The notes below the pieces were generated by a model. The model was not told the origin of the DNA. It worked only from the letters and a program-made list of their open reading frames with translations, and ran no database searches. Made by a program: the position numbers and the translations under genes. Below, in pieces: positions 13,752 through 26,599 of a DNA stretch of 64,000 bases. The stretch is from Setoptus koraiensis. Lineage: Eukaryota; Animalia; Arthropoda. Each line of letters starts with the position of its first letter. Within the stretch, counting starts at the first letter, position 1. The stretch is from contig CM106585.1 of assembly GCA_048013815.1 (NCBI GenBank), forward strand, positions 20,460,001 through 20,524,000, written 5' to 3'.

Positions 13752-15130
13752 TGTTTAAGTGCTCCTATTCAGTGCAACTTTGTGATCGAGTTCTGATTTC
13801 GTTGAAAATTTCGGTCTGACAATGGCGAATCGTGCGGATTCTTGCAAAATTTTGTGAGGTAGATGGAGAACTCACTTGAATGTGCCTTTTTGGGAATTAA
13901 AAACTTTGAGATTATCGAAATTGCTGCCGAATTAATAAGTTACAAATGTAATTCTGCCCAATATGCCGCGAGATATTCATTTTGTAGACGATGACTGCGA
14001 TGCTTGAAACCTTCCAAATCTGGACGAAAGCCACTATATGGAGCTTGTGCCAATTAACTAATTAGCTAACGAAGCTTTGAGCCTAGTTCTGATGGCAAGA
14101 AGCAATAGTTTTATGACATAGACATGCATATATAGTAGAGTTAGAATGGTCGTGGATACAAAACGGAAAGGACACACAGAGAGCAATAGTTAATCCTCAG
14201 ACATGCGAATCTCTTTTGCATTTATTTACACTAATAATAAAACAATGACGATGAGCCATAAAATATGTCTATGATTGTCTAAAACAAACAAAAAGATAAA
14301 CGAAAAAGTGAGTGGAAAATTGTCGAATGATCGTCATGTTATACACATGCTCGCCAGCATAAATAGTGGCTGTCTTGCTCCGATTTATTGGAACCACACC
14401 CTGTATGTACCTATCGACACAATGGCTGGCTAACCAGATTACAAGTGGAGCATGTGATGCCCACGCTGGCCTCGATCAATTGAGGCATCATCTCGCGCAA
14501 ATACAAATACTGACAGTGGGACTGTCAGTGGTTGTTGTGTTTTACATTGTGTCTTATTTACCTGGCTCGCATTTGTTGTTGCGCGTTGCGATGTTGCTCT
14601 GAACATGCTCACTGAATGAGTATCATCTTCTCACCTGAGCAACACGATGACAGTTTATCTCTGCAAGTCTATATAATATCTATATATATAAATCGTGTAC
14701 TATATCTAATATATAGTTGCACAACAATAGCGACACTTGGCGTGTGTGAGTGTTAGTGTTCCTATGCACCTGCATGAACTCGTTCATGCCAAACATTACG
14801 CAACATGAGGGTTGAATTGCAGAATAAGAATTAGCAAGCGAGCGAATATGGCAAGGAGAGAAAAGGAGATAATGTTGTCTGTCCGAATTATATTCGAGAC
14901 TTCGACACAGTTGTCGTGACAGTTGTCAGTTTATTGAATATCACCACTGCCAAGGTGAAGTAGTATCAGTTGAAAGTTTGTCTCGCGTATGCAAGATTCG
15001 ATTAGAGTATACACAATATACTTGTGCAGTTTGATTCACCTTGACAAAAGAGTTGCCAGCAGCTATTTAGCAACGGTTATTTTACAACAGCAACAACAGC
15101 AACAGCATCGCCAACAGCGTCAACAGAATA

Positions 15131-18100
15131 ATGGAGTCGCCAGCAGAGCCTCAAGTTGGTGGAAACAACAACAACAGTGCGACCATTAACGATGACCACA
15201 ATGGCGCTGCACTAAGACGGGAAACGCGAAACAGTGATGAGCCAGAGGTCAGTTCAACGAAAAATATTAACAGGTTATCTGTGGCCTGTGGTGGCGAGCA
15301 ACAGCAAGTTAGTGAACATGTCGAAGACAATCCAACTAAATATTTGTACAAGAGTCTAAGCATGATTGTCGATCCAATAAATTGTCTGGATCATCACCAG
15401 CCCGACTGTTCAGTGACCGACAGCAGCAACGCTCTGGCTGGCCATTGTGGTCGAGCGATGGCCACAGCCAGTGTTACAAGCAAGAACAACGATTCTATAA
15501 TAGAAGCAGCAAATAACGATCTAGAGGGCGCAACTACGACGCCTTACGATGACAACAATATTAAAAACAGAAAGCAATCTAATAGCACCAACGGTACATT
15601 ATCCACCAATAATACACAGCACACAAACAGATCAACGGAGTACGCCATTCAAAACTTGGACGTAGATAATTATGTTGTCGACGGCATGCACAATGTTGTT
15701 GTTTCCGACTGTCTGTTGGACGACGAGGACAACAACGGCGAATGTAGCCGACGAAACAGTCACTCTATACCTGAGCGAAATTTGTTATATTGTTCGCTAG
15801 AACGGATTAAATTGAAAGATTTCGGTTGCGAAATTAGAGCACTCATGGACGTGGAACAATTTGTGCATCAGGCCATATTATTGTTGGACATGGCCGACAT
15901 AGTGGTGGAAGACATTGTTGACAATATGCTGAGGAAGGTGAGTTGTGCGACATTGCGCATTTGCCAATTACCAATTACTAATTTACAATTACCAGTGATT
16001 AGCATGTCATGAGAAGACAAACGAATTGATTGATGTGCGTTTTGTTTTGCCGACTTTTGTTGACCACTGTCAACTGTCAACCGTCAACTGTCAACCGTCA
16101 ATTGTCAACTGGCAACTGTAACCTGCTCACCTGCTGCCACTGCTGCATCGGACACGCTAATGAACTCAGATTATCAGCGTCGATCGAGACATATCCGAGC
16201 GTGTGATCAACGAGGCCAAGAACGCGCTATTCATACACAAGTCCGGTAAGTGCCAGCAGTCACTGTTGAACAGTGCCCATTTCGTTACGAGTGACTCGTG
16301 GCGCAACGGCAACTCGTGGGTCAGCTCAACTTACGCAAATTGCGCTGGCCCACGAGTTGCCATAAGTGGTTGCCAGTGACCTGCATACGTAACTGGCTCT
16401 GCTGGTGCCAGCAATAACTGCCAGAGATCACCGCAAGGTGCAACTCGGCTTGTACTGGTAGCAGGCGACGTGTGGCCCAGAGAGAGAGGCACGGCGACAA
16501 ACAAACGGGACCAACCAACAATTTTTCCCGGTTGTGCCAGTAATTTAATTGAAAGAGGCGCCTACCAGCATCGATTGTTTGCTGCTTCGTTGGTTTCGCT
16601 CGCCCCTCATGCCTCTACGTGTCCGCGCATCTCTGCATCTCCATGTGTCTCTACATCTCCATGTGTCTCCATATATCTCTTCACATCTTCATATATCTAT
16701 ATATACATGTCGCCATCGCCGTCTTTTTATCTCGGGCGTCTGCGAGGGGCGCCATTGACACACTGTATGCGTTCGTGTCCTACGAAACTGTGCGAATCGC
16801 ATTCAACAATCACAACAACAACAACAACCACTGTTACGTGTGCGCGTACCTGGATGATTATGTAACGTGCGATGGACCGTGAATGGGTGCATGGCGTGGA
16901 TCGTGGCCAATCGTGGTGACGCACAAACAAACAAATGCAACGTTGCGCGCTCAACACAAATATTAGCCAGTCTATTATCGCGAACAATACAAGGCATACA
17001 AATATCAACAGATCCCATGATGCCCGGACTGGACTACGACCAATCTTGGCTGTGCTCAATGTAAGTTGTGTCCGGCCAGCCAGCAGCTGTTGTGCCGTTA
17101 TTGCCGGTTGCGTCGTTGTTGCCGGTTGCTCATTGTGGCCGCTCGGCGCTGACCAGCGGCCGCCGACCAGCGGCCGCCGACAGTTACTGACAGAGAGCGA
17201 CGCCCGTCATTATAATGACAATGAACACACAAATGTGGCACAATAATAATGATAATGACAATAATAGTAACAACAATAACACTGATAATAATGTTGATCG
17301 TCATGTATGTCAGGTGCAATCTGCCCACCATCAGTAAGCGGCACGTGGCCATAGCCAGACTGAAGCACTTTGTCAACATGGGCAAGAACGCGCACGAGGT
17401 GCGATTCTTCATATTGATCGTGACGCCCAGAAAAGAGGTATCGTATTGTGCGAGTGGAGAAACAATCTCAGCTTGTCACTTGAGCCATCTGGCCTCATCT
17501 CACATATTTACTTTTTTGCCGTGCTTGCATCAATTGTAATTAATTGTGTAATTATTTGTGCACAATTTCCATTGGCCTATTTCTATATGTGCTATATTGT
17601 TGGCTCATTTTGCGACAACCTGATGCCGGCCCAATGCCCACTCGCGATGCCCACTCAATGCCACAGAAAGGAACCAAGAACGCGCTAGAAACAGGAAGAA
17701 CCTTCGCCACAATATTCTCTGACATTGATTTTAGACAGGTGCTGCTGAACGCGCACAATGAAACGGAATTCAAGAACGCGCTGCTGAGTTATACAAAGAA
17801 ACTGAGCAATGTCAACACTAGCCTCTTGGACAGTGCCAATGAGGCCGTGCATACGCAGCCAACGATCAACGACGACAACTGCAACGGAGCATCGTCACAA
17901 GTGCCCAACAACAGTAACAGCGCCTCTGTTGGCCGGCACGGACAGTATCTTGTTGTGACAAACAACAACAACAGCAACCACCAACAACATCAGCAGCAGC
18001 AGCAGCAAAATCAGTTGATCACTATTGTCAACAAGGGCAAGTCGTCGTTGACAACATCCACGCCAACCAAACCGACCACCCAAACAACAACCAGCACAAT

Positions 18101-21100
18101 GCACACAGCCAAATTGATGGCCAATTCCAGTTCGTTTAGCAATCTTGCCAGGCCAAACAGCGCTGGCCAAACTGGCTTGCACGCAAACAATAACGGAACG
18201 GGCGAACGGGAAGTGCACGACGACCTGTCCAACGCCACCTACAGGCTTGTTATGCAGGCCGGCAAGAGGCCCGTCGCGCATCACTCGCCAAACAAGAGGG
18301 CCGTGTGCCTCAAGTTGAGCACGGCCGACAAGGTGAGTTGTCGACTGACCGAGTCGCACGTTCGTCGTGCGCCCAATAAACTGCCCAATAAACTGACCTA
18401 TCAACTGACCAATCAACTGCCCAATAAACTGACCTATCAACTGACCAATCAACTGACTAATCAACTCAACTGACCAATTTGATTGGTGTGTCCGCAGAGG
18501 CGCAAGTACATCATCGGCAACGGACTGTGCGCCGACATCAAGCGGCGCTTCAAGTTTTTCGCGTCGGACTTCACCGACGGTAAGTTGTGTCGTTGCGAAT
18601 CACAACTTGTGATACAACGGTTGTATGCAAGATGTGCAGCACAGATGGCGCGCTTGTTGTTGTCGCAAGAGCCTCATCAATAAATCAATTTCAATAAATC
18701 TCTCTCTCTATCTCTCCACATCGATCGCTCATCACTGTTGAGCCAGGTTTCGTGGGCCCAAAGACCGTGCACAAGACCATTTCGACAATCGTCTTCTTGT
18801 ATTTCGGCATACTGTTGCCAACAATGGCGTTCGGGGTGCTCAACACCACCAACACCAACGGCAAACTGGGAGGTAAGCCAGCTTGTTAGGATATTGTGCT
18901 AACACACACCGACCAAACATGCTCAACAATCAGACTAACTAACTGTGTGATCTACTCGCCGCTGCAGACATACGCAAGGCCATCATCGGCCAATCGCTGG
19001 GCGGCTTCCTGTTCGCCCTGTTCGGAGGACAACCGCTGGTCATCATCATGACCACGGCCCCGCTGTGCCTGTACACCAAAGGTGAGCGCTGCAGCACCAG
19101 TTGCAAACTTTTCTCAAGTCACTCAAAAGCGAATCTCGAGCCACTCAAAAGCAAATCTCAACTTGAGATTGTAAAGTCACTCGAAAGCAACCGCTCAACC
19201 CGTTTTCCTATTCAAATTTGTTTGCATTCCCAATTTTTGCTGCAAATTTTCAATGCAAATGCCAATGGAACCAACCAACGCCACGTGCAGTGATATACAC
19301 CATGTGCGAAGACTACAATTATCCATTTTTGCCTATGTACGCGGCGGTCGGCCTGTGGAACGCGTTCTTTCTCACACTGTATTCGGTGTTCGACGTCAGT
19401 CGGCTCATGAAATGGTGCACCAGATCAACCGAGGAGATATTTGCCCTGTTCATTGCCATAGCGTTCGGCGTTGACGCCGGCAGAGATCTCATCAAAAGTG
19501 AGTCAACAATGAGCACTGTTTGCGCTCAATCATACACAATCATATTTATATGAAACAATTATGATGTTTGATCATCTCAATGTTCATGTTTCATTTATTT
19601 CAACACCATTGTTGCCATGCTGTGGTGCCAATAAACCATTGGCAATGGTGCCACAACACTTACGCCCCCGACTTGGCCTTCGCCTCGTCAGACTTCAACA
19701 GATACTATTATTCGAATGCTTGTCTGCGCGCAAATTCGACCCTCATGACGACGACTTCCAATGGGTCCATTGTTGCGCAAATAGACAAACAACAGCTATT
19801 CGCATCGGCCAATGGTAATACTATTAGTAATGTTAGCAGCACGGACATATTAGATTTGGAGCCGATATGCCGACGAGAGTCCAGCCTGCTGTTCATAATA
19901 CTCATGTTCGGAACACGTAAGTGCCCAGTATTCCCATATATTCTTATTCGCTCCAGTTAACCCCATTATTCGGAATATGCCCCAATATGCCCGTTCGCTG
20001 CATTCAGCCGGCAACATTCGGCCCGGTGATATTCGATATCGGCTCACTGATATTATATGTTATTTATTATGACCGGCGCCGCAATATCTGGCAATATCTG
20101 GCAGTGTCCGACGATATCCGACAATATGTCTTGTCACAAGAGTCTTGTCACAAGAGTCTTGTGAGGCACAAGCGCGACGCGGCGCACAAGTTGACAAAAA
20201 CATTTGCACATTTTGTTTTTGCGCTCTGGCCCGATTGTCGAAATGGGCAGACTGATCGCGTTGCTCGGGGGCCATTCTGGAGCCCGTGTCATTTGATTCT
20301 AGCAAACGTCAGACACCCGAATCGATCCGCATTTGCAAGTTCGAGCAGCCAGACTGTCTCGGCTCGCGACTGTCGCCAATTGTCAGACTGTCTCGGCTCG
20401 CGACTCTCTGTCAGGCGAGTTTTGGCAGTCGGCCCGCCATTGAGCCAATGTCAACGAAGTGACAGGTCACATCGCATACATCGCATACATCGCATGCTTC
20501 TAATGCGAATCTATCTAGCGACCTGCCCGTGTGTGAGCCCGTATTTACGAGCAGCCAACGTATGATGTAATCTCATTATTGCAGCAGCAGCCGAACGACA
20601 GAGATAATATGATTTGGATTTGTTAGTTTGGCCGAAAGAACAGCCCAAACAACAACAACAACAGTGTGCGTCATTTGCTCAGATGTAGGTCGTTAAGCAA
20701 TTATTTGCATATGTTGATCATACATCATTTCTTTGTTCCTCTTTGCTGCCACCTCCAATCGCCTGCAATGGGGCGCGCACACAGTTTGGCTGGCCCTGGC
20801 ATTATACAACTTCAACAGGACGCCCTATCTTCAGGCCAGCAAGCGAGACATGCTGGCCGACTATGCCCTGCCAAGCGCCGTTATAGTGATGAGCTTCGTG
20901 GGATCCTATGTGTTCGAGGAAATTCACGGTGGGTTCACGGTGACGACACAGTCATCGTCATCAACTCTTGAAATTGCAAGATTACATCACAAATTCATTG
21001 CTTACTAATTCATCGGCTCTAAATTATCGCTCATTTTGTTTGCAATTTCGGCCTCTTTTCGGCCCGTTTTGGGCTCCATTTTGCCACGGTGCAACTCAGT

Positions 21101-22400
21101 GGAAAAATTCGCCGTTTTGGAGCAGCTCTCATTCAAGGCCGCCCCATTGTACGAGATGGCGCCCGTTGGCTTCTTGGTGGCCATGGGCCTGGGTTTCACG
21201 CTGTCGCTGCTGTTCTTTATGGATCAAAATATAAGTGCCGCCATGGTGAACAGTCCACAAAATAAGTAAGCACCGCGTTGCAACAACCAATTAACATTCA
21301 CTCGTCGTCTAATTACAGACATTTAATTCTAAATACGTTCTAAGCACTAATGAACAAACGTCTCATCGTTGAATTGTTTACATGGATGCACCGACAATTG
21401 ACAACAATGGTCAGATTGAAGAAGGGCTGCTCCTATCATTACGATCTGCTCGTCGTGGGCCTGTTAAACGGCCTGCTAACTCTGTACGGTCTGCCCATGA
21501 TGCACGGAGTGTTGCCCCATTCGCCATTGCATGTCAGAAGTTTGGCCGATGTCGAGGAACGAGTAGAGCAAGGCCACGTAAAAGAGATGTGAGTATAGCC
21601 AGATTTGCAAGATAATTTAATTTGCATAAAACTCATATTGCACACATCATATCATAGCATCTTAGCACAAGTTTACATAAATGTAGTTGCTGTAAATAAC
21701 TGGTTATGTTTCTGAATATAATATTTTTGCTTATTGCATTATTGCTAGCATAATCAATGTTCGTGAAACTAGAGTAACTGGCATCATATCGCACATACTC
21801 ATTTGTATGTCAATATTTTTGGTACCCTACCCAATAGCTTATATACCGACGGCCGTATTGGATGGTTTGTTCTTGTATATGGCCGCCACCTCGCTAGATG
21901 GATTGCAAATGTTTGAGAGAATAACGTTGCTATTCATGGAACAGGTGAGTCATTCCAATGACTAATTTATCAATATATCCGATGCAACTTACAACACTTA
22001 AAAACCGTTGGTAATTTGTTGGTCGTTTTGTATCGCAACTTGTGTCAACAGAGTGCCTATCCGCCCAATCATTATATTAGACGCTGTCCACAGAGAAAGA
22101 TTCACGAATTCACGCTGGTTCAATTGTTTCAATTGGTGGTTATGTGCTTTTTTGGCTTCTCGCCCTCCAACACAATTGAGATGTTCTTCCCTGTTGTCAT
22201 ACTATTGATGCTGCCCTTCAGGTGAGTTCCCGGTTTGTCCGGTTGTCACACGTAGTAGTTCGCTTGTTGTGTTTTGCTGTCCACTGACCTGGTTTGTCTG
22301 TTAATTTGTTTTACTCGTGTCGCTCATTTTATGCAGGAGCAAACTGGTTCCCTACTATATCGAGGACAAGTATTTAGAGGCTCTAGATGGCGAGCACTAA
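15131..22400 (+). CDS. SLC4A11: SLC4A11-like bicarbonate-transporter-family protein (BTR1/NaBC1-like), 16 coding exons
   Basis: Exons 15131-15937, 16170-16245, 16967-17060, 17314-17437, 17667-18332, 18498-18579, 18747-18872, 18968-19081, 19291-19497, 19692-19916, 20785-20928, 21100-21265, 21415-21588, 21749-21944, 22052-22221 and 22337-22400 splice in frame with GT-AG. Family motifs: [91 protein letters not shown]. Confidence 0.93.
18371..18466. repeat. 12-bp minisatellite (8 units) with 36-bp higher-order periodicity, in SLC4A11 intron 5
   Basis: Units gcccaataaact / gacctatcaact / gaccaatcaact repeated in A-A-B-C-A-B-C-C' order. Confidence 0.9.
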
Positions 22401-23344
22401 TCCTGGTTCCACCCGAGGAGGCTGTCCAGCGATACAAAATCGGCCGGTCAAATTTCAGACTGATGCAATGGGACAAGAGCGCACCAGAGCGGACAAGAGT
22501 GGCCGTCCCGTCAGAAGTGGGCCCCACTCTCTGGCGCTATCGCGCAGCTCGTTCACACCGGCCGGATATGGTTTTAGAGGATGAAGTAAATGAAGAACTT
22601 GCTGTTAGACAGCAAGGAAAGTGGCGAGTGTTGGAAACGAATTGGCCAGCCAACACTTATAAACGACGAGAAAACATACAATAAATAGAGCTGGCGAGTC
22701 AATTGAGCCAGCCACGACCAAATCCCCCAACAAATTCAATGCGGTCGATATGTTACTTATATCCGATAATATCTACTTATTATTATCCGATAACGAGCAC
22801 AGCGCCATTTGGGCTTCAACATTGATATCATGCGCCGTGATATGTCGCGTTTGTGCACTGCGGCAACAAGCTGGCTTCGATCTAGATCGAGAGGTGCGCC
22901 TGAAGTGTCTGTTATTTTGTGTTTTGAAACTGAGCAGCTATGCACAACAATCAACTTGCAAAATGGGCCTGCATCAGCGCTTCGAAAACAATACGCGGCA
23001 ACATTCATCCAACCGAGCCGAGCATCATTGTGTTTTCGTTTGGATGAACATTGACACACCGCGGATTAAAAGTGCTGCGAAATTCATGCGATAGCGATTT
23101 CGTTTGGCGGTGACTCAAATGCATTCGCGCAATATCTTATATTGTCAATATATTATATAGTATGTAGGCCGTTGTCGCAATCGACACAGGGGGCTACACG
23201 CTAATTAGAAAATGTTGATGTTAGCAGTTGCTCAATAGATCACTGTTGTCAGCTACCGGAAAAACTGGTGCTGTCAGTCGCTTGCAGCTTCAGCCAGTCA
23301 GTCGGCCTGTCAGTCAGTTGGCCTGTCAGTTATTCAGCCAGTTA

Positions 23345-23375
<31 letters not shown>

Positions 23376-24063
23376 CTGATGTTGTTGATGTTGTCGATGG
23401 TGGCAATTCTTGAAAACAAACAGTCGAACTTACGTAATAGTCAGACATAGTCGACTTGTTACGTGTGCAATCGGATAGAGAGAGAGAGAGAGAGCAACAG
23501 TCAACAAATCGTCCGTTATATGATAGCGTGCCCATAGGGCTGGCGCTGTTGTTGTTGCTCGCTGAATATCAAAATTAATACGTCTCTTGTTTAATCAATG
23601 GTGTATCACTAATGGGCGCACACTCTCATTGGCTCGGCGGCTAGGACAGTTGCAAGGCTAGAAAACTGTCTGACTAATGCTGCAAGTGTGACTCAATCAG
23701 ATCGCTCTAACTCTGACTTATCACTTAAATTTATACTATTTCTATTAGTATATCTGGCGAGACAACAACATTTAATACCTTGCTTGTGCGCTCATATGTG
23801 CAGCAGTAATTGATGATAAAATGTGTGAAATAATTGCATAGTCCAGATGGCAAAATGAATAAGTGTGTGTGTGTAAACATGATCAGAATCAACACTTTAT
23901 CCACAAGATTTCCCAACTATTTGCTTCACAACTCATTGCGCGCACTAGCATTTTTCAAGATCACCCAGCAACGCACCAACTTTTCCGTTGCATTTGCCCA
24001 AGTACAGCGTGAACCAGAACAACGAAAGAGAGAAAGCTGAATAAGCTAATTAACCAGTACAGT

Positions 24064-24142
24064 AATTGATCAACACGACAATTGATCAAGGCGACAATTG
24101 ATCAACACGACAATTAATCAATACGATAATTAATCAATTAAC
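24064..24142. repeat. 16-bp minisatellite (about 5 units) upstream of the orphan glycoprotein gene
   Basis: aattgatcaacacgac / aattgatcaaggcgac / aattgatcaacacgac / aattaatcaatacgat / aattaatcaattaac. Confidence 0.85.
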
Positions 24143-24255
24143 AATTATTGCTGCAGTGTCGGCAAAGTTGCTGCTGCAAAACTATTTCGAATAGGCGAAC
24201 AATAAAAGGCTTATTCCTTTATTATTGCCACACAACTCGTATACAACTGATCAGA

Positions 24256-25173
24256 ATGAAAGCCAGCAAGCTCATATTGGTGGGCCTGGTCGCCCTGTCG
24301 TGCATGTGCCTCATAGCCCTCATAATTCACTTGGCCTCTGGAAGGGGCGCAGATGAGCACCTCCAGTGCAAATTACAATCAGCGATGCCGTTGACCAGTT
24401 CGCACCAATTGAGGGCATTTAAAACGAAGAAGCGCGACGTTCTAGTTAGATTCTCGGGTTTCGTGGAATATTTCGAAGAGCCAACGGCCAAACAGGCACT
24501 GGGCAATAATAATACTAACAACAGTAATGACACAACCACCAAACGGACAATATCGGCCCTAATTGCTGCAACCGAATCATTTGTAAACGCAACAAACCAG
24601 CTAGCCAATCTCACCAGCAACGTTTCGCCAATGAGTCACTCAATCAATGCAACCACCACCACAACACAGTCGCCCCAATCGACCCAGCCGACGCAATCGA
24701 AATATGTTGCCCTGCAATTGGAATCGGTGAAATCTGAAACTCATTCGAATAAAAACGGCAAACATCACAGTGATCACAGTATGCTGATGACACGCATTAA
24801 ATTGCACACCTCTTGTGCCAAATTATCCTTTGATATGATGTCCCGATCGAGCGATAATAAACAGTTTGCAATTAATAACAAGATTAAATTATACAGATAC
24901 AAACAGCAGGAATTGGAATGTAAATTGGATAATGTGTCGCACGACGAGCTCCTGTTTCAAACCGACACAAGCCAGCATTATTATTGTCCAGATAAAACGA
25001 CATACAATTGTACAAAATTAGAAGATGACAAGAAAATAATAGCCAAATTGCACATTACCCACATAGAGTTAGAGTGGAATAGGCCGGAAAAGATGAAGGG
25101 CGATGAGTTTTTCACTAGGCAGAGTAAGTATATTACATATAATAGTAATAGTATCAGCAGTAAATGCAGATAA
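24256..25173 (+). CDS. Orphan secreted or type II membrane glycoprotein, single coding exon (about 305 aa)
   Basis: ATG at 24256 followed by a hydrophobic segment (KLILVGLVALSCMCLIALIIHLA), a Thr/Ser/Asn-rich stalk with at least 8 N-x-S/T sequons, and 6 ectodomain Cys; long uninterrupted ORF. Confidence 0.75.
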   Translation: MKASKLILVGLVALSCMCLIALIIHLASGRGADEHLQCKLQSAMPLTSSHQLRAFKTKKRDVLVRFSGFVEYFEEPTAKQALGNNNTNNSNDTTTKRTISALIAATESFVNATNQLANLTSNVSPMSHSINATTTTTQSPQSTQPTQSKYVALQLESVKSETHSNKNGKHHSDHSMLMTRIKLHTSCAKLSFDMMSRSSDNKQFAINNKIKLYRYKQQELECKLDNVSHDELLFQTDTSQHYYCPDKTTYNCTKLEDDKKIIAKLHITHIELEWNRPEKMKGDEFFTRQSKYITYNSNSISSKCR

Positions 25174-25771
25174 ATACAGTTGCATGAAATGAAATAGTAT
25201 GATTCTCACAAGCTGTTGGTGTCTCCCATCTCTTCAATGTCTCAAATGTCCCTCAGGTCGATGCAGGCAATAACAGCTACAGCAATTGATGGCCCCGTGA
25301 GATGGAGATCATCACAATCTCGAACAATGAATACTGCCAAACGATGTGCACTTGTCGCGTTTTTTTTCCTCTTGTCCAAATCCAAACAAATAACGGATTG
25401 AGAAGGCCTCACAAATCTGAGAATCAGAACATCATGTGGCGACGATGGATGGTCTGGTCAGCATGTTGCCATCGATTCTCACAGTTATATGTACCGTGCA
25501 GTTATATACAAGGGACATTAATTGAAGTTAGCAGTAAATATTGAACCGGATGCGGTGATCTTGTAGAATAATCAATTAAATGATGCTGAGGCCTGTCGTG
25601 GCCAATTTTCATCACTCATTCTGTCCTTGTTGGCCGGCAAAATGTTTTGCAGGTATCTGTCAGCTTGTACTGTACATACTCTTTTTGAAAAGATTGATTA
25701 TTATCATATTAGCCACAGACGGCCGATTGCCAGCTCTGATCTGAGATGACTAGGCCCAACACCATCGGTTG

Positions 25772-26237
25772 TTAACCGTGCCAGTTCCAAAAGGGTGCAA
25801 AATCGGGATATTCGTTTTTGAGGGATTTATGCATCGATTGCACAAATCTCCCAGAAATCTCTCTATCTTGCTGTCGAAGCACATTCGTTTCCCTCGAAAT
25901 CATTGAATTAAGCAGTTTTTCCTCATTTCTACCGAAATTCATCCCATTACTCGGAATAGGAATATAATGGAGTTCGGAGGTCTCTCTAAATTAACACGCA
26001 AGCAGATCTAGATAGACTTGCGTTGTGAATTAGAAAATGCGAGAGAATTTAATTCAGATGTTTGGGAGTATGGTTTGGTCGAGAACTGTTAGATCCACCT
26101 CAATTGAGTCGGCCAAACACTACATTTTGATATTTTATCTACCGAATTTCTAAAAAAACTATTATTTCAGTCTATTTAAAGCAAACTTACCGCAACTTTA
26201 TAGCAAGACAACCGCCGATTTTGTTAGCTCTAATCAT
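25772..26237 (-). other. Candidate small spliced gene (86 aa) or lncRNA divergent from the lipase gene
   Basis: CG|GTAAGT donor after 26191 and TTTAG acceptor before 25985 join MIRANKIGGCLAIKLR to a 70-codon open frame ending ...DFAPFWNWHG*. Confidence 0.3.
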
Positions 26238-26599
26238 CACTACCTGCTCATTGCTTAACTTGTAAACACTCCAGTGAAATCTATATAATTAGCAATCGTT
26301 AAGGTCTAGGTTGTGATTGCAGCAGCTCATAGTCACAAGACATGAATCTGTTTCAATTTACAGCGCCTGTAAGATGATATTGTAGGCCAAGGTATCTGAG
26401 CTTGTTGCCTGACTTGAAAACATCCATTGGTTCTATTTGGTCGCACTTGTCGGATTAGAGTCGATCCGGTTGATCAAATGAATTATTGCTAATCAATGAT
26501 AGCATGATAGCAATGTCGGAGCCCATGATTGACGATATTGAAAGAAAAAAGTATTCCCAGTATTTATTAGCAGTGTCCCTTTTGTAGAAAAACACAACC

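Noticed and set aside
18371-18466. CRISPR-like array (also considered at 24064-24142)
   Set aside because: Units are directly adjacent with no unique spacers, lie in intronic or 5' eukaryotic DNA, and no cas genes are present
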